A DNA stretch of 64,000 nucleotides, taken from assembly GCA_017552705.1 (NCBI GenBank), contig JAFZOY010000028.1, positions 12,752 through 76,751 on the forward strand. The letters run 5' to 3'. Source of the stretch: Bacteroidales bacterium (GTDB lineage: Bacteria > Bacteroidota > Bacteroidia > Bacteroidales > UBA1715). Each line of letters opens with the position of its first letter. Position 1 is the first letter of the stretch. The translations under genes were made by a program, and so were the position numbers. Below the pieces are notes generated by a model. That model saw only the letters and a program-made list of their open reading frames with translations, ran no database searches and had not been told where the DNA came from. Below are positions 1 to 9,945 of this stretch, one piece after another.

Positions 1-1107
1 GTCCGCTACCGCCTGCGAAGCGATGTTCCGTATGGAACTTTTTTAAGCGGAGGTATTGATTCTTCGTTGGTTACAGCGGTTGCGCAACGTAATTTGTCCA
101 CCAAACTGAACACATTTACAATCGCTTTTGCTGAAAATAAATACGATGAAAGCAACTATGCGCGGCAAATCGCTGAGTATTTGGGCACAAATCATACGGA
201 ACTGACTGTGTCACAGAAGGAAGCGTCTCAGTTGATTCCCTCGATTCTCGACACATTTGATGAACCGTTTGCGGATTCGTCGGCAATCCCAACAATGTTG
301 GTCTCGAAATTGGCGAAAACTAAGGCAACCATGATTCTGTCTGGTGACGGTGGCGATGAATTGTTTATGGGCTATGGCGCATATAATTGGGCAAAACGCC
401 TTGAGTCGCCAATGATGAAACGGTTTCATAAACCGATTTCGTGGGCATTGCGCTGTGGCTCGTCGAGAATGAAACGTGCTGCTGGCGTTTTCAATTATCC
501 TGACGAGGAACATCTTCCATCTCATATTTTTTCGCAGGAACAGTATTTGTTTTCCCGAAAAGAAATCGCTACGGTGCTTAATCCAGAATTTGCGGCTGAA
601 TTTTCGTGCCCGTTCGAATGGACAAATTCTTCCAGAAAACTTTCCGCGACAGAGAATCAGTCGTTTTTCGACATTCAATCGTATTTGCGTGAAGATTTGC
701 TTGCCAAAGTTGACCGTTCTTCTATGAAATATTCTTTGGAAGTGCGTGTGCCGTTGCTTGACTATTCCATTGTGGAATTCGCCCTCAACGTGAATGAGAA
801 TCTGAAAATTCATAACGGTGTCCAAAAATATTTACTGAAACAGGTTTTGTATGACTATGTTCCTGCTCATTTATTTGACCGACCAAAATGGGGATTTTCA
901 ATACCATTATGCGAATGGTTGCATAAAGATTTACAATATCTTATCGATGATTATTTGAATAAAAACTTGATGGGAGAGATTGGCATTTTTGAACCGAAAC
1001 AAGTACAAAAATTGGTTCGAAAATTCAAAAATGGTCACAATGATTATTTGTACAATAGAATTTGGCAAATGATTCTTGTCCAGAAGTTTATGAATGAAAA
1101 AATGTAA
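1..1107 (+). CDS. asnB: asparagine synthase (glutamine-hydrolysing), C-terminal synthetase domain; 5' end cut by window edge
   Basis: Frame 1 is open from base 1; the listed ORF 67..1107 only begins at an internal TTG. The PP-loop motif SGGIDSS is encoded at 46-66, followed by DEPFADSSAIP and SGDGGDELFMGY, which are classic AsnB synthetase-domain motifs. Confidence 0.85.
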   Translation, partial: VRYRLRSDVPYGTFLSGGIDSSLVTAVAQRNLSTKLNTFTIAFAENKYDESNYARQIAEYLGTNHTELTVSQKEASQLIPSILDTFDEPFADSSAIPTMLVSKLAKTKATMILSGDGGDELFMGYGAYNWAKRLESPMMKRFHKPISWALRCGSSRMKRAAGVFNYPDEEHLPSHIFSQEQYLFSRKEIATVLNPEFAAEFSCPFEWTNSSRKLSATENQSFFDIQSYLREDLLAKVDRSSMKYSLEVRVPLLDYSIVEFALNVNENLKIHNGVQKYLLKQVLYDYVPAHLFDRPKWGFSIPLCEWLHKDLQYLIDDYLNKNLMGEIGIFEPKQVQKLVRKFKNGHNDYLYNRIWQMILVQKFMNEKM

Positions 1108-2365
1108 TTGTATGTCGAATAACTGCGGAATTTTGTATGTGTCGTACGACGGAATGACCGACAATCTTGGCCAATCGCAGGTTATTCCATATCTCAAAGG
1201 TCTGTCGGCAAAGGGATTTGCCATCCACATTATTAGTTGTGAGAAAAAAGACGCCTTTGACCGTCGTAAATCTTTTATTTCCAAACTTTTGGAAAAGAAT
1301 AATATTGTGTGGCATCCAATTCCGTACACAGCAAAGCCCCCTGTATTTTCCACGTTGTACGATATGCACAAAATACAGAATTTAGCGGCAAAGTTAGTTG
1401 CTAATCCGTTGAACAATATACGGTTACTTCATTGTAGAAGTTACATCAGTGCACATGTCGGTGCATACTGCAAAAAGAAATTTGGTATTCCATGGATTTT
1501 TGATATGCGCGGTTTTTGGGCTGACGAGCGTGTGGATGGCGGTATATGGAATACATCAAAATGGTTGTACCGTTGGGTTTACAATTATTTCAAAAATGTT
1601 GAAAAAGAATTTATTACAAAGTCTGATTATATTATTAGTTTAACACAGAACGGGGCAAACGAAATACGTTCATGGAAAACGTATCAGACAAATTCTGTCC
1701 CTATTGCTGTGATTCCTTGTTGCGCTGATATGCAACTATTCACATATCAGGAGAAAAAATCGCAAACTTTGAGAAAAACTTTACATATTTCCGACAACAA
1801 TTTTGTGTTGAGTTATTTAGGTTCGTTTGGTACATGGTACATGACTGACGAAATGTTTGATTTCTTCAAAGTTCTGTACGAAAAAAACAATGATGCAATT
1901 TTCTTATGCATCACCCCCGATAGTAAAGATTGGCTGGAATCGATGGCTATGCGAAAAGATATTCCACGTTCGTCGTTGCGTGTGGTAAAAGCTAACCGTG
2001 AAGATGTCCCGTCTTACGTTTCTCTGTCAGATTGGTCGATGTTTTTCATCAAGCCTGTATATTCAAAAAAAGCATCGTCGCCAACGAAAATGGGAGAGTT
2101 ATTGGCTGTTGGCGTGCCGTTGGTCTGCAATGCTGGCGTAGGCGATGTTGACGAAATTATGTCGCATTGCCCGCAAGGTTTTGTTGTGGAAAAATTTTCC
2201 ATAAACGAATACGAACATATTGCAAATCAAATACTTACTCTGCCAAAAGCTGACAGAAAATCCCTTCGGGCAGTTGCGGAAGATTATTATTCCTTAGAAA
2301 AAGGAGTAGAGATCTACGAAAATGTGTATCAGTCTGTTTTATCGCAATACGCGACTACTGAATAA
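1094..2365 (+). CDS. glycosyltransferase, GT-B fold (family 4-like)
   Basis: 423-aa ORF. The N-terminus ILYVSYDGMTDNLGQSQVIPYLKGL and C-terminal SSPTKMGELLAVGVPLVCNAGVGD resemble group-1 glycosyltransferases. ATG 1094 overlaps the asnB stop; an alternative ATG lies at 1112. Motif recognition only. Confidence 0.6.
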   Translation: MKKCNCMSNNCGILYVSYDGMTDNLGQSQVIPYLKGLSAKGFAIHIISCEKKDAFDRRKSFISKLLEKNNIVWHPIPYTAKPPVFSTLYDMHKIQNLAAKLVANPLNNIRLLHCRSYISAHVGAYCKKKFGIPWIFDMRGFWADERVDGGIWNTSKWLYRWVYNYFKNVEKEFITKSDYIISLTQNGANEIRSWKTYQTNSVPIAVIPCCADMQLFTYQEKKSQTLRKTLHISDNNFVLSYLGSFGTWYMTDEMFDFFKVLYEKNNDAIFLCITPDSKDWLESMAMRKDIPRSSLRVVKANREDVPSYVSLSDWSMFFIKPVYSKKASSPTKMGELLAVGVPLVCNAGVGDVDEIMSHCPQGFVVEKFSINEYEHIANQILTLPKADRKSLRAVAEDYYSLEKGVEIYENVYQSVLSQYATTE

Positions 2366-3719
2366 TCGCATTTTTCTTTAGGAACGAAATCAAGTTTTTC
2401 CCCATCTGGGCTTGCTGTCTTGTGTTAGGATGCCAGTCGGCGCCGTTGCCAGCCGTTCCTGCGAAATCGTATCGATAGAAAGGATGCTCTTCGGTACCGT
2501 AGTCGGTGGCGAGTTTGTTAAGAATAGGTTTAATCACCTTTAGCATATCTGCATCCATCATACTACCCGTGAGCAAAACAACTTTCGCATTTGGATAATT
2601 TGTCGTTACGCTGTTCAGCAGTTTTCTATATTGATTGTCGAATTTAGTGGAATCGAGGGTGGCAATTTGCCATGCATCGTTTGTTCCTAAATTGATAAAC
2701 ACTATATCGGGCGTGTAGGTCGTGAAATCCCATTTCGTGCTTTTGGTCAGCCAAGTTTTTTCGTAATTGTCAGGCATGGAGCCGTAGCTTGTCGCTTCCT
2801 CGACGTCTTCGTAGTTGCGGTAAACGCCAATTCCCGAGCGGGCAACAACCATAAGTTCGGCGTTAAATTCTTTCGCCGTTGCGTAAGCGAATGTGTGGCA
2901 GAAATTTGATGTTGCGTCGCTGAAGTGTTCATCGTGTGATGCTGCTTCGGTTCCGTAGCCACAGGTGATGGAATTTCCGATGAATTCGAACTTCAACGGC
3001 TTTTCCGCAGGTTTGGAAACTTCGGCGGTTTCATCAATTTCGAAGCCGTAGAAACGAGCATTTTTGTTAATCGCTTCGCTGCACAACGTGATTTTCGCGG
3101 TGTGAGAGCCTTTTTCTAAATCTTCCGCAACACGGAAAATATTACTTTTCACCCAGTTGGTTTTTTCATTCATCGCAAGTTTATACGGCTCTTGGTCGTC
3201 GATTTCAACCCAGTAGAAAATGTCGCCTTGGCTGAATTTAGCGTACAATGTAGTACCTGTAAAATCAACCGAAATGGATGTGCCTGGGTAAAAGAATGCA
3301 ACCTCGTTTTCCGATGCTACAATACGACCTTCGTAGTGGATGTTCGGGTCGTCCACCGAAATGGAGCGGAACTGCTTCTCCAGCACCGTGATGCGGACAG
3401 AATCTTTCACATCCGTGTTATCGCAGCTTACAAGATATCCCCACGTTTCGCCGGATTTTATACCAAACAATGTATTATTGTCGATTGCTTCAACGATGGT
3501 CGTATCGGCAAATTCCCAACGTACGCAATTGTCTTTGGCTTCTTTTGGGGAAATCTCATAGTCAATATGTTGCGTGCCTTCGTATGCGATTGTAACTTCG
3601 TGCGAAGATAATTGTATATTACTGATATTAATGGGATCTGCAGCGTGTTCTTTATTACATGCGCTAACAACAATGGTCGTAGCGAAAAATAGTATCGGAA
3701 AAGTGTAGCGTAGATTCAT
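2355..3719 (-). CDS. SGNH/GDSL hydrolase lipoprotein, carbohydrate-esterase family 2-like, with N-terminal Big_2 Ig-like domain
   Basis: Signal peptide plus lipobox (VVSAC). Ig-like segment (IQLSSHEVTIAYEG...VRITV). SGNH blocks FIGNSITCGYG, NLGTNDA and C-terminal DWHP, preceded by a jelly-roll-sized region as in CE2 esterases. Confidence 0.65.
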   Translation of the reverse strand: MNLRYTFPILFFATTIVVSACNKEHAADPINISNIQLSSHEVTIAYEGTQHIDYEISPKEAKDNCVRWEFADTTIVEAIDNNTLFGIKSGETWGYLVSCDNTDVKDSVRITVLEKQFRSISVDDPNIHYEGRIVASENEVAFFYPGTSISVDFTGTTLYAKFSQGDIFYWVEIDDQEPYKLAMNEKTNWVKSNIFRVAEDLEKGSHTAKITLCSEAINKNARFYGFEIDETAEVSKPAEKPLKFEFIGNSITCGYGTEAASHDEHFSDATSNFCHTFAYATAKEFNAELMVVARSGIGVYRNYEDVEEATSYGSMPDNYEKTWLTKSTKWDFTTYTPDIVFINLGTNDAWQIATLDSTKFDNQYRKLLNSVTTNYPNAKVVLLTGSMMDADMLKVIKPILNKLATDYGTEEHPFYRYDFAGTAGNGADWHPNTRQQAQMGKNLISFLKKNAIIQ

Positions 3720-3744
3720 ACGTATGGATTTTGATTTGTGAAAA

Positions 3745-4095
3745 TTATTCTTGTTGGGTTGTTTGTGAACTCATACGACGGCGAGCTTTCCGTTCGTTTA
3801 TCTGCATTTGTGTCAGCCGCGCATTTTGTTCGTCGGTAAGTACTTCCTTGATTTTTGTTTGCCGAGTTTGTTCACGGGCACGGATTTCATCGAAAATTCC
3901 TTCGAATTTCACTGTGTCGAATTCCGGATTATATTTTTTCTCGATTTCCCAAAGTTGTTTCATCTGTGCATCAGTCAAATTCAGGGAATCCTTCCACATG
4001 GCAAGTCGTTCTGCTGTTTTCATTACTGTAGGCTGTTGTGCGAACGCACCGATGCCGAAGCAGAGAAGAATTGAGCAAAAAAATAATTTTTTCAT
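3745..4095 (-). CDS. small periplasmic LTXXQ-motif protein (Spy/CpxP-like)
   Basis: The listed ORF 3745..4389 is trimmed to the internal ATG at 4093-4095, which yields a clean signal peptide MKKLFFCSILLCFGIGAFAQ. Two LTxxQ motifs are present (LNLTDAQMKQL, VLTDEQNARL). Confidence 0.55.
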   Translation of the reverse strand: MKKLFFCSILLCFGIGAFAQQPTVMKTAERLAMWKDSLNLTDAQMKQLWEIEKKYNPEFDTVKFEGIFDEIRAREQTRQTKIKEVLTDEQNARLTQMQINERKARRRMSSQTTQQE

Positions 4096-4156
4096 TTTAC
4101 CGAATATTTTAATAGTCAAAAATAAGAAAAACTGATGGATTCCAGCATGTTCTATA

Positions 4157-4193
4157 CAAAAAAGACAAACATGCAATCGCAGTTTGTCTTTTT
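4157..4193 (-). terminator. rho-independent terminator downstream of the DUF1573 gene
   Basis: Stem AAGACAAAC (4162-4170) pairs with GTTTGTCTT (4182-4190). On the minus strand the hairpin is followed by a T-run (plus-strand A-run 4158-4163). Confidence 0.6.
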
Positions 4194-4220
4194 GTCTTGT
4201 CAGAAATATATAAAATAAGG

Positions 4221-4652
4221 CTATTTCTTTGCTTTTGCAACAACGGTACCTGTGAATACCAATGTCTGTTCCGTAGGCTTGGCATTCGAAGTTACCACGG
4301 CTGTTTTCGAGAATTTTCCGCCAGTTGCCGCATCGAACGTAACGCCAATCTGTCCACGTTGACCTGGCATTATCGGAGTTTTTGGCCAAACAGCGTCGGT
4401 ACAGTTGCAGGCAGGCTCAACTTTGGAAATAATCAGAGGTGCATTACCAGTGTTTGTGAATTCAAAAACAACATCAACAGGAATTCCTTGTGGAATTTCG
4501 CCAAAGTTGAACGATTCCATGTCCCACTTAATAACAGGCGCTTTCAAATCGCTGACGCTTAATTGCTTGTTTTCATCTGGGTCGCCCCATTGTGCAAACG
4601 ATACGAAGGGAACCACACTTGCGAACAATATCGCTAAAAAAATACGTTTCAT
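4221..4652 (-). CDS. DUF1573 domain-containing secreted protein
   Basis: FNFGEIPQGIPVDVVFEFTNTGNAPLIISKVEPACNCT is the hallmark DUF1573 core. The start is moved from the TTG at 4661 to the ATG at 4650-4652, giving signal peptide MKRIFLAILFASVVPFVSFAQ. Confidence 0.75.
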   Translation of the reverse strand: MKRIFLAILFASVVPFVSFAQWGDPDENKQLSVSDLKAPVIKWDMESFNFGEIPQGIPVDVVFEFTNTGNAPLIISKVEPACNCTDAVWPKTPIMPGQRGQIGVTFDAATGGKFSKTAVVTSNAKPTEQTLVFTGTVVAKAKK

Positions 4653-4820
4653 AGTTTTCAATTTATTTGTTAGACAAAGAACGTAATAAAAACGTTACAT
4701 TCAAAACACTATTCGGAAATACAAATATCTTGCCAAATTTAGTTAAAGGCGATGGCACTATAAAAAGCAAAAGGATTTGCTGAATTTTCGGAATATCTTT
4801 GTAAAATAAAAACAACTTCT

Positions 4821-4828
4821 TATTTTTG
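4821..4828 (+). promoter_or_regulatory. Bacteroidetes-type -7 promoter box (TATTTTTG) for tRNA-Glu
   Basis: Matches the TAnnTTTG consensus 12 nt upstream of the mature tRNA 5' end. A second box, TATCTTTG, lies at 4794-4801. Confidence 0.5.
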
Positions 4829-4840
4829 CATCGTAGTTAT

Positions 4841-4912
4841 GGCGAATTCGTCTAATGGCTAGGACACCACCCTCTCACGGTGGATATTCGGGTTCGAATC
4901 CCGGATTCGCTA
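4841..4912 (+). tRNA. tRNA-Glu (anticodon CUC)
   Basis: Cloverleaf folded by hand: acceptor GGCGAAT/ATTCGCT, D-arm GTCT..GGAC, anticodon stem CCACC/GGTGG with loop CTCTCAC, T-arm TCGGG-TTCGAAT-CCCGG. It aligns position-for-position with the E. coli tRNA-Glu layout. CCA is not encoded. Confidence 0.85.
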
Positions 4913-5001
4913 CAATCCTTTTACTTTTTGAAAAATTTTTGAAACCTGTGTCTTGTTTTTGCACAGGATGAGGTTAATTTTACCTCAAAATTAATTGAGA
5001 T

Positions 5002-5919
5002 ATGTCAAAAAATCTTCTGAACAAGTATGCGTGGTTGGTGGAAACCATTTATAATTCTAATGGAATTACGCTTAATGAAATTCGTGAAAAATGGCTTGAA
5101 AACGATATGAGCGAGGGCGTGCCGCTTGCCCGGCGTACGTTTCATAAATGGTGCGAGGCGGCGCAGGAAATGTTTGGCGTCAATATTGAATGCGAGGCGA
5201 AAGGCGGCTACCACTATTTCATTTCGAATGAGGATGAAATTAAAAATGGTGACCTACGGACGTGGTTGTTGCAGACTTTGTCGGTGAGTAATCTGCTAAT
5301 GAACAACCAAACCCTGAAAGATCGTATCTTGCTTGAAAACATTCCTTCGGGACAGGAATATCTGTCGTTAATTCTTGAGGCTATGAAAACCAATACCGCT
5401 GTGGAACTAACGTACCAAAGTTTCTATAGTGACGAGGAATATGTAACTACGGTGTATCCTTATTGTGTAAAATTATTCAAGCAACGGTGGTACATGCTTG
5501 CGGAATGTCCGTATTCATCGAAAACAAAAATTCGAATTTATGCCCTCGATCGTGTCCACGAGTCCCGTCTTTTGCTAGATGTGAAATATCAATTGTCGCA
5601 GAATTTCGATGCTCGGGATTTCTTTGATAAATCGTATGGCATCATCGTCACCGACAATACAATACAAACAGTCACATTGAAAGTTTCTGGCAATGAGGCG
5701 AATTATATCCGTTCGCTTCCGCTTCATAATACTCAGAAAGAAATAGAAACTTCAGACGAATATAGTATTTTTGAATTGAGAATATGTCCTGAATTTGATT
5801 TCCAGCAAGAGATACTGTCGCATACTCCCGAAATTGAGGTTTTGGAGCCTGCGTGGTTGCGCGAAGAAATTGCTGATAAAGTGAAAAGATTATATAATAA
5901 ATATTACGAAGAGAAATGA
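5002..5919 (+). CDS. WYL domain-containing transcriptional regulator (wHTH-WYL-WCX architecture)
   Basis: N-terminal HTH-like region (GITLNEIREKW...ARRTFHKW). WYL core VYPYCVKLFKQRWYMLAECP...IRIYALDRV, followed by a C-terminal extension domain. Confidence 0.75.
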   Translation: MSKNLLNKYAWLVETIYNSNGITLNEIREKWLENDMSEGVPLARRTFHKWCEAAQEMFGVNIECEAKGGYHYFISNEDEIKNGDLRTWLLQTLSVSNLLMNNQTLKDRILLENIPSGQEYLSLILEAMKTNTAVELTYQSFYSDEEYVTTVYPYCVKLFKQRWYMLAECPYSSKTKIRIYALDRVHESRLLLDVKYQLSQNFDARDFFDKSYGIIVTDNTIQTVTLKVSGNEANYIRSLPLHNTQKEIETSDEYSIFELRICPEFDFQQEILSHTPEIEVLEPAWLREEIADKVKRLYNKYYEEK

Positions 5920-6410
5920 AAGATTTTGCGGCTATAGATTTTGAAACAGCAAATTGCTCACGTACAAGTGTTTGCAGTGTCGGTGTTGTGATTGTGCGGA
6001 ACGGAGAGATTGTCGATAATTTTTATTCACTCATCCGTCCTGAGCCGAATTATTACAATTATTGGTGTACCCAAGTGCATGGTCTTACACGTGTCGATAC
6101 AGATTCTGCGCCTTTGTTTCCCGATGTATGGAAACAAATAGAACCGAAGATAAAAGGGCTGCCGTTAGTCGCACATAACAAGGCGTTCGATGAAAATTGT
6201 CTTCGTGCGGTGTTCCGTTGCTATCAGATGGATTATCCTGAATATCCGTTTTACTGCACGTGCATAGCTTCTCGAAAGCATTTTGGCAGGACGCTTCCAA
6301 ATCATCAATTGCACATTGTTGCCGAAGCATGTGGTTACAATTTGAAAAACCATCATCATGCCCTTGCTGATGCTGAGGCCTGTGCGTGGATTGCAAGAGA
6401 GATTTTGTAG
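5916..6410 (+). CDS. DEDDh 3'-5' exonuclease (DnaQ/epsilon-like)
   Basis: Exo I AIDFETAN, Exo II LVAHNKAFDENCL, Exo III HHALADAEACAWI. The start overlaps the WYL gene stop (ATGA). Confidence 0.8.
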   Translation: MKDFAAIDFETANCSRTSVCSVGVVIVRNGEIVDNFYSLIRPEPNYYNYWCTQVHGLTRVDTDSAPLFPDVWKQIEPKIKGLPLVAHNKAFDENCLRAVFRCYQMDYPEYPFYCTCIASRKHFGRTLPNHQLHIVAEACGYNLKNHHHALADAEACAWIAREIL

Positions 6411-6411
6411 A

Positions 6412-8172
6412 TTATTTTTCTATCTCCTTAATATCCAAGAACAATTCATCCAACTGTTTCTGGTCAATTGCCGAAGGTGCATCGAGCATCACATCGCGAC
6501 CTGAGTTGTTTTTCGGGAATGCGATGCAGTCGCGGATGCTGTCCAAACCTGCGAACAAACTTACCCAACGGTCGAGACCGTAAGCAAGACCTCCGTGAGG
6601 TGGCGCACCGTACTTGAATGCGTTCATCAAGAAACCAAATTGTTCTTGTGCCTTTTCTGGCGTAAAACCTAAAATCTTGAAAATCTTCGCCTGCAATTGA
6701 CTGTCGTGGATACGAATTGAACCGCCACCAACTTCCACGCCGTTGATTACCATATCGTAGGCATTGGCACGAACCGAAGCCGGGTCGGTGTCGAGCAATG
6801 GAATATCTTCGGGTTTCGGGCTGGTAAACGGATGGTGCATAGCCATCAAGCGACCTTCTTCCTCGCTCCATTCGTACATAGGGAAATCAATCACCCACAA
6901 GCACGCAAATTTGTCTTTGTCGCGAAGTCCGAGTTGGTTGGCAACTTCAAGACGAAGTTCACACAACTGCTTGCGCGTCTTCATAGTGTCGTCGCCACTC
7001 AAAATAAGGATTAAGTCACCTGGCTCTGCATTAAACGCAGCTTTCATCTTTTGCAAAACGTCTTGCGAATAGAATTTGTCAACGCTTGATTTAACGTTTC
7101 CATCGGCTTCCACACGAGCGTAAACCATTCCTTTGGCACCGATTTGCGGACGTTTTACAAACTCCGTCAATTGGTCAAGTTGCTTGCGAGTGTACGTTGC
7201 TGCACCTTTAGCACAAATACCGCCGATGTATTCAGCGTTGTCGAACACGCCGAAACCGTAGCCCTTGAGGACGTCCATCAGTTCCACAAACTTCATGTCG
7301 AAACGAAGGTCGGGTTTGTCGCTGCCGTAGTATTTCATAGCATCGTGCCACGTCATACGTGGGAATGCTTCCGTAATGTCAATGTTGCGAATTGTTTTGA
7401 ACAAATGTTTTGCCATTCCTTCGAACAAGGTGATAATATCTTCTTGTTCCACAAAGCTCATCTCGCAGTCAATCTGAGTAAACTCTGGCTGACGGTCGGC
7501 ACGAAGGTCTTCGTCGCGGAAACATTTCACAATCTGGAAATAGCGGTCGAAACCAGCCACCATCAACAATTGTTTCAATGTCTGCGGACTTTGTGGCAAT
7601 GCATAGAACTGTCCTGGATTCATACGCGAAGGAACCACGAAATCGCGTGCGCCTTCGGGCGTAGAACCAATCAACACAGGAGTTTCAACTTCAAGGAAAC
7701 CTTGTTTGTCAAGATAACTACGAACTTCGAACGCCATTTTGTGGCGAAGTTCTAAATTCTTGCGAACGCATTGGCGACGCAAGTCCAAGTAGCGATATTT
7801 CATACGAAGATCGTCGCCACCGTCGGTATCGTCCTGAATGGTGAATGGCGGGATTTCCGACGTGTTGAGCACCGTAAGTTTTGAAACGATGATTTCAATA
7901 TCACCTGTGTCCATCTTCGGGTTTTTGCTGGAACGTTCCACCACTTTGCCTTCAATTTGAATGACAAACTCACGACCCAATTTCTTGGCTTCCTCGCACA
8001 ATGCGGCATTTTTGTTCTCGTCGAACACCAACTGTGTGATGCCGTAGCGGTCACGCAAGTCAACGAATGTCATACCACCAAGTTCGCGGGATTTTTGTAC
8101 CCAACCGCTCAAAACGACGGTTTCTCCTATGTTTGCGGCACGTAGTTCGCCGCAGGTTTTTGTTCTATACAT
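6412..8172 (-). CDS. aspS: aspartate--tRNA ligase
   Basis: 586 aa with full-length class IIb features: N-terminal OB fold ([22 protein letters not shown]), motif 2 [18 protein letters not shown], motif 3 GGLAYGLDR. Confidence 0.95.
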   Translation of the reverse strand: MYRTKTCGELRAANIGETVVLSGWVQKSRELGGMTFVDLRDRYGITQLVFDENKNAALCEEAKKLGREFVIQIEGKVVERSSKNPKMDTGDIEIIVSKLTVLNTSEIPPFTIQDDTDGGDDLRMKYRYLDLRRQCVRKNLELRHKMAFEVRSYLDKQGFLEVETPVLIGSTPEGARDFVVPSRMNPGQFYALPQSPQTLKQLLMVAGFDRYFQIVKCFRDEDLRADRQPEFTQIDCEMSFVEQEDIITLFEGMAKHLFKTIRNIDITEAFPRMTWHDAMKYYGSDKPDLRFDMKFVELMDVLKGYGFGVFDNAEYIGGICAKGAATYTRKQLDQLTEFVKRPQIGAKGMVYARVEADGNVKSSVDKFYSQDVLQKMKAAFNAEPGDLILILSGDDTMKTRKQLCELRLEVANQLGLRDKDKFACLWVIDFPMYEWSEEEGRLMAMHHPFTSPKPEDIPLLDTDPASVRANAYDMVINGVEVGGGSIRIHDSQLQAKIFKILGFTPEKAQEQFGFLMNAFKYGAPPHGGLAYGLDRWVSLFAGLDSIRDCIAFPKNNSGRDVMLDAPSAIDQKQLDELFLDIKEIEK

Positions 8173-8223
8173 ATTGCAATTCTTAATGTGGCAAAATTAA
8201 CATTTTATGGAACGTATCTATAC

Positions 8224-8250
8224 AAAAAATCCATTGATTTTTTCAATGGA
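8224..8250 (-). terminator. rho-independent terminator downstream of the CoA-transferase gene
   Basis: TCCATTGA (8230-8237) pairs with TCAATGGA (8243-8250) around a 5-nt loop. On the minus strand it is followed by TTTTTT (plus-strand A-run 8224-8229). Confidence 0.65.
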
Positions 8251-8275
8251 CTTTCTGCATAGTACTTTTAGATTT

Positions 8276-9760
8276 CTACCATTTTGTGTTCCGCATATCA
8301 CCCGAACTCAAAAATTCAAGGTGCATTTTGAACGCCTTGTCCAATGTCTGCATTGTGTGAGCAGGTTTCGTAGAAAGTTTCAGGTAATCCCACAACAATT
8401 CACGATAGTCAGGGTGAGCTACTTTTTCGATGATTTCTTTTGCTCTGTCGATTGGGGCTTTTGCACGCAAATCGGCAACACCATATTCTGAAACTATTAC
8501 TTTAAGTGAGTGTTCCGAATGGTCTAAGTGTGTTACCATTGGCACAATCGAACTAATCATACCTCCTTTTGCAGTCGATGGAGTCGTACAAATTGACAAG
8601 TACGAGTTTCTCAGGAAGTCGCCCGAGCCGCCAATACCGTTCATCACTTTCGTTCCATAGAAGTGCGTTGAGTTCATATTACCGAAAATGTCGCACTCGA
8701 TTGCCGTGTTGATGGCAATCAAACCAATTCGGCGGACAACTTCGGGACTATTGGAAATCTCTTGTGGACGAAGCACCAATTTATTGCGGAAGAAATTCAA
8801 ATCGCCCATCACTTTGTCCATAGCTTCTTTGCTACACGTGAGCGAGCTACCGCTGGCAAATTTAATGTTTCCGTTTTGAATCAAACCGATAACCGAATCC
8901 TGAATCACTTCGGTGTACATTTCAAATGCAGGAATGTCCTTGCTTTCGCCAATGCCGTGAAGCACAGCGTTTGCTATATTTCCCACGCCCGACTGGATAG
9001 GAAGGAATGTCTTTGGAATTCTTCCAACCTTGATTTCGTTTGCAAGGAAATTAGCCACATTTTCACCGATTTTCATCGTGGTTTCGTCCAATTCGGTAAA
9101 ACCTTTGATTTCGTCATCGAAGAATGTTTCAATCACACCGATGATTTTGCTTGGGTCAACTTTCAAAATCGGGTCACCAATACGGTCGCTTGGTTTATAC
9201 ACCGGAATTTCGCGACGATATGGAGGATCGGCTGGCATATAAATATCGTGAACGCCACGAAGTTCCTTAGGACGGTTCGTGTTGTGTTCCAAAATGATTT
9301 TGTCAGCCAATTTCACGTATGTAGGAGCATTTCCCACAGCAGTGGTCAACACCAAATTACCTTGTTCATCGTAATCGCACACTTCGATTACAGCCACGTT
9401 GATTTTGCCGAAATAGCCATAACGAATATCCTGTGCTAACTGCGACAAATGATAGTCGCAATAGTGGATGCGTTGCTCGTTGATTGCCGCACGCGAATCC
9501 TTGTTGGTCTGATACGGAGCGCGGATATTAATCGCATCGGCACGTGCAAGCACGCCGTCAAGCGATTCGCCGGTGGAAGCACCAGTGAAAAGGTTTATTT
9601 TGAATTCTCTTCCGGCAGCATGTTCTGCCTCTGCTTTCTTTGCAATGGCTGTACCAATTGCTTTTGGCACACCTACGGCGGTAAAACCGCTCACGCCAAT
9701 ACTAAATCCATTCTGAATGTACGATGCCGCCTCGTCGGCAGTGATTACTGGAATGCTCAT
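8276..9760 (-). CDS. acetyl-CoA hydrolase/transferase family protein (succinate/acetate CoA-transferase-like)
   Basis: The listed ORF is trimmed to the ATG at 9758-9760 (MSIPVITADEAASYIQNGF...). Family-typical strings FTGASTGESLDG, GIGGSGDF and the ~495-aa length match Bacteroides succinate CoA-transferases. Confidence 0.8.
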   Translation of the reverse strand: MSIPVITADEAASYIQNGFSIGVSGFTAVGVPKAIGTAIAKKAEAEHAAGREFKINLFTGASTGESLDGVLARADAINIRAPYQTNKDSRAAINEQRIHYCDYHLSQLAQDIRYGYFGKINVAVIEVCDYDEQGNLVLTTAVGNAPTYVKLADKIILEHNTNRPKELRGVHDIYMPADPPYRREIPVYKPSDRIGDPILKVDPSKIIGVIETFFDDEIKGFTELDETTMKIGENVANFLANEIKVGRIPKTFLPIQSGVGNIANAVLHGIGESKDIPAFEMYTEVIQDSVIGLIQNGNIKFASGSSLTCSKEAMDKVMGDLNFFRNKLVLRPQEISNSPEVVRRIGLIAINTAIECDIFGNMNSTHFYGTKVMNGIGGSGDFLRNSYLSICTTPSTAKGGMISSIVPMVTHLDHSEHSLKVIVSEYGVADLRAKAPIDRAKEIIEKVAHPDYRELLWDYLKLSTKPAHTMQTLDKAFKMHLEFLSSGDMRNTKW

Positions 9761-9908
9761 TTCTATTGTTTTATTTAAAATTGCGTGCAAATTTATTCTT
9801 TTTGTGGAAAAACGCAATAACTTACCGATAATCAATATGTTTTGTGGTTGGACGGGAACTCTTGTAAAATAAATTAAAAAAGTGGCAACATTTTTGTTGG
9901 AATTTGTT

Positions 9909-9916
9909 TATATTTG
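9909..9916 (+). promoter_or_regulatory. -7 promoter box TATATTTG
   Basis: TAnnTTTG consensus 30 nt upstream of the ATG at 9946. Confidence 0.4.
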
Positions 9917-9945
9917 TGTTTTACTAATTTAAAATTTTATGTGTT

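Noticed and set aside
211-825. 204-aa minus-strand ORF
   Set aside because: It is antisense to the asnB synthetase domain, and its R/F/H-rich translation is typical of shadow frames.
4096-4389. N-terminal extension of ORF 3745..4389
   Set aside because: The extension runs through the intergenic terminator hairpin (4162-4190) and has no signal peptide. The internal ATG at 4095 gives a proper signal sequence.
7144-9439. Plus-strand ORFs 7144..7755 (203 aa) and 8762..9439 (225 aa)
   Set aside because: They are antisense to aspS and to the CoA-transferase gene, both of which have full-length family signatures. No motifs are present in the antisense frames.
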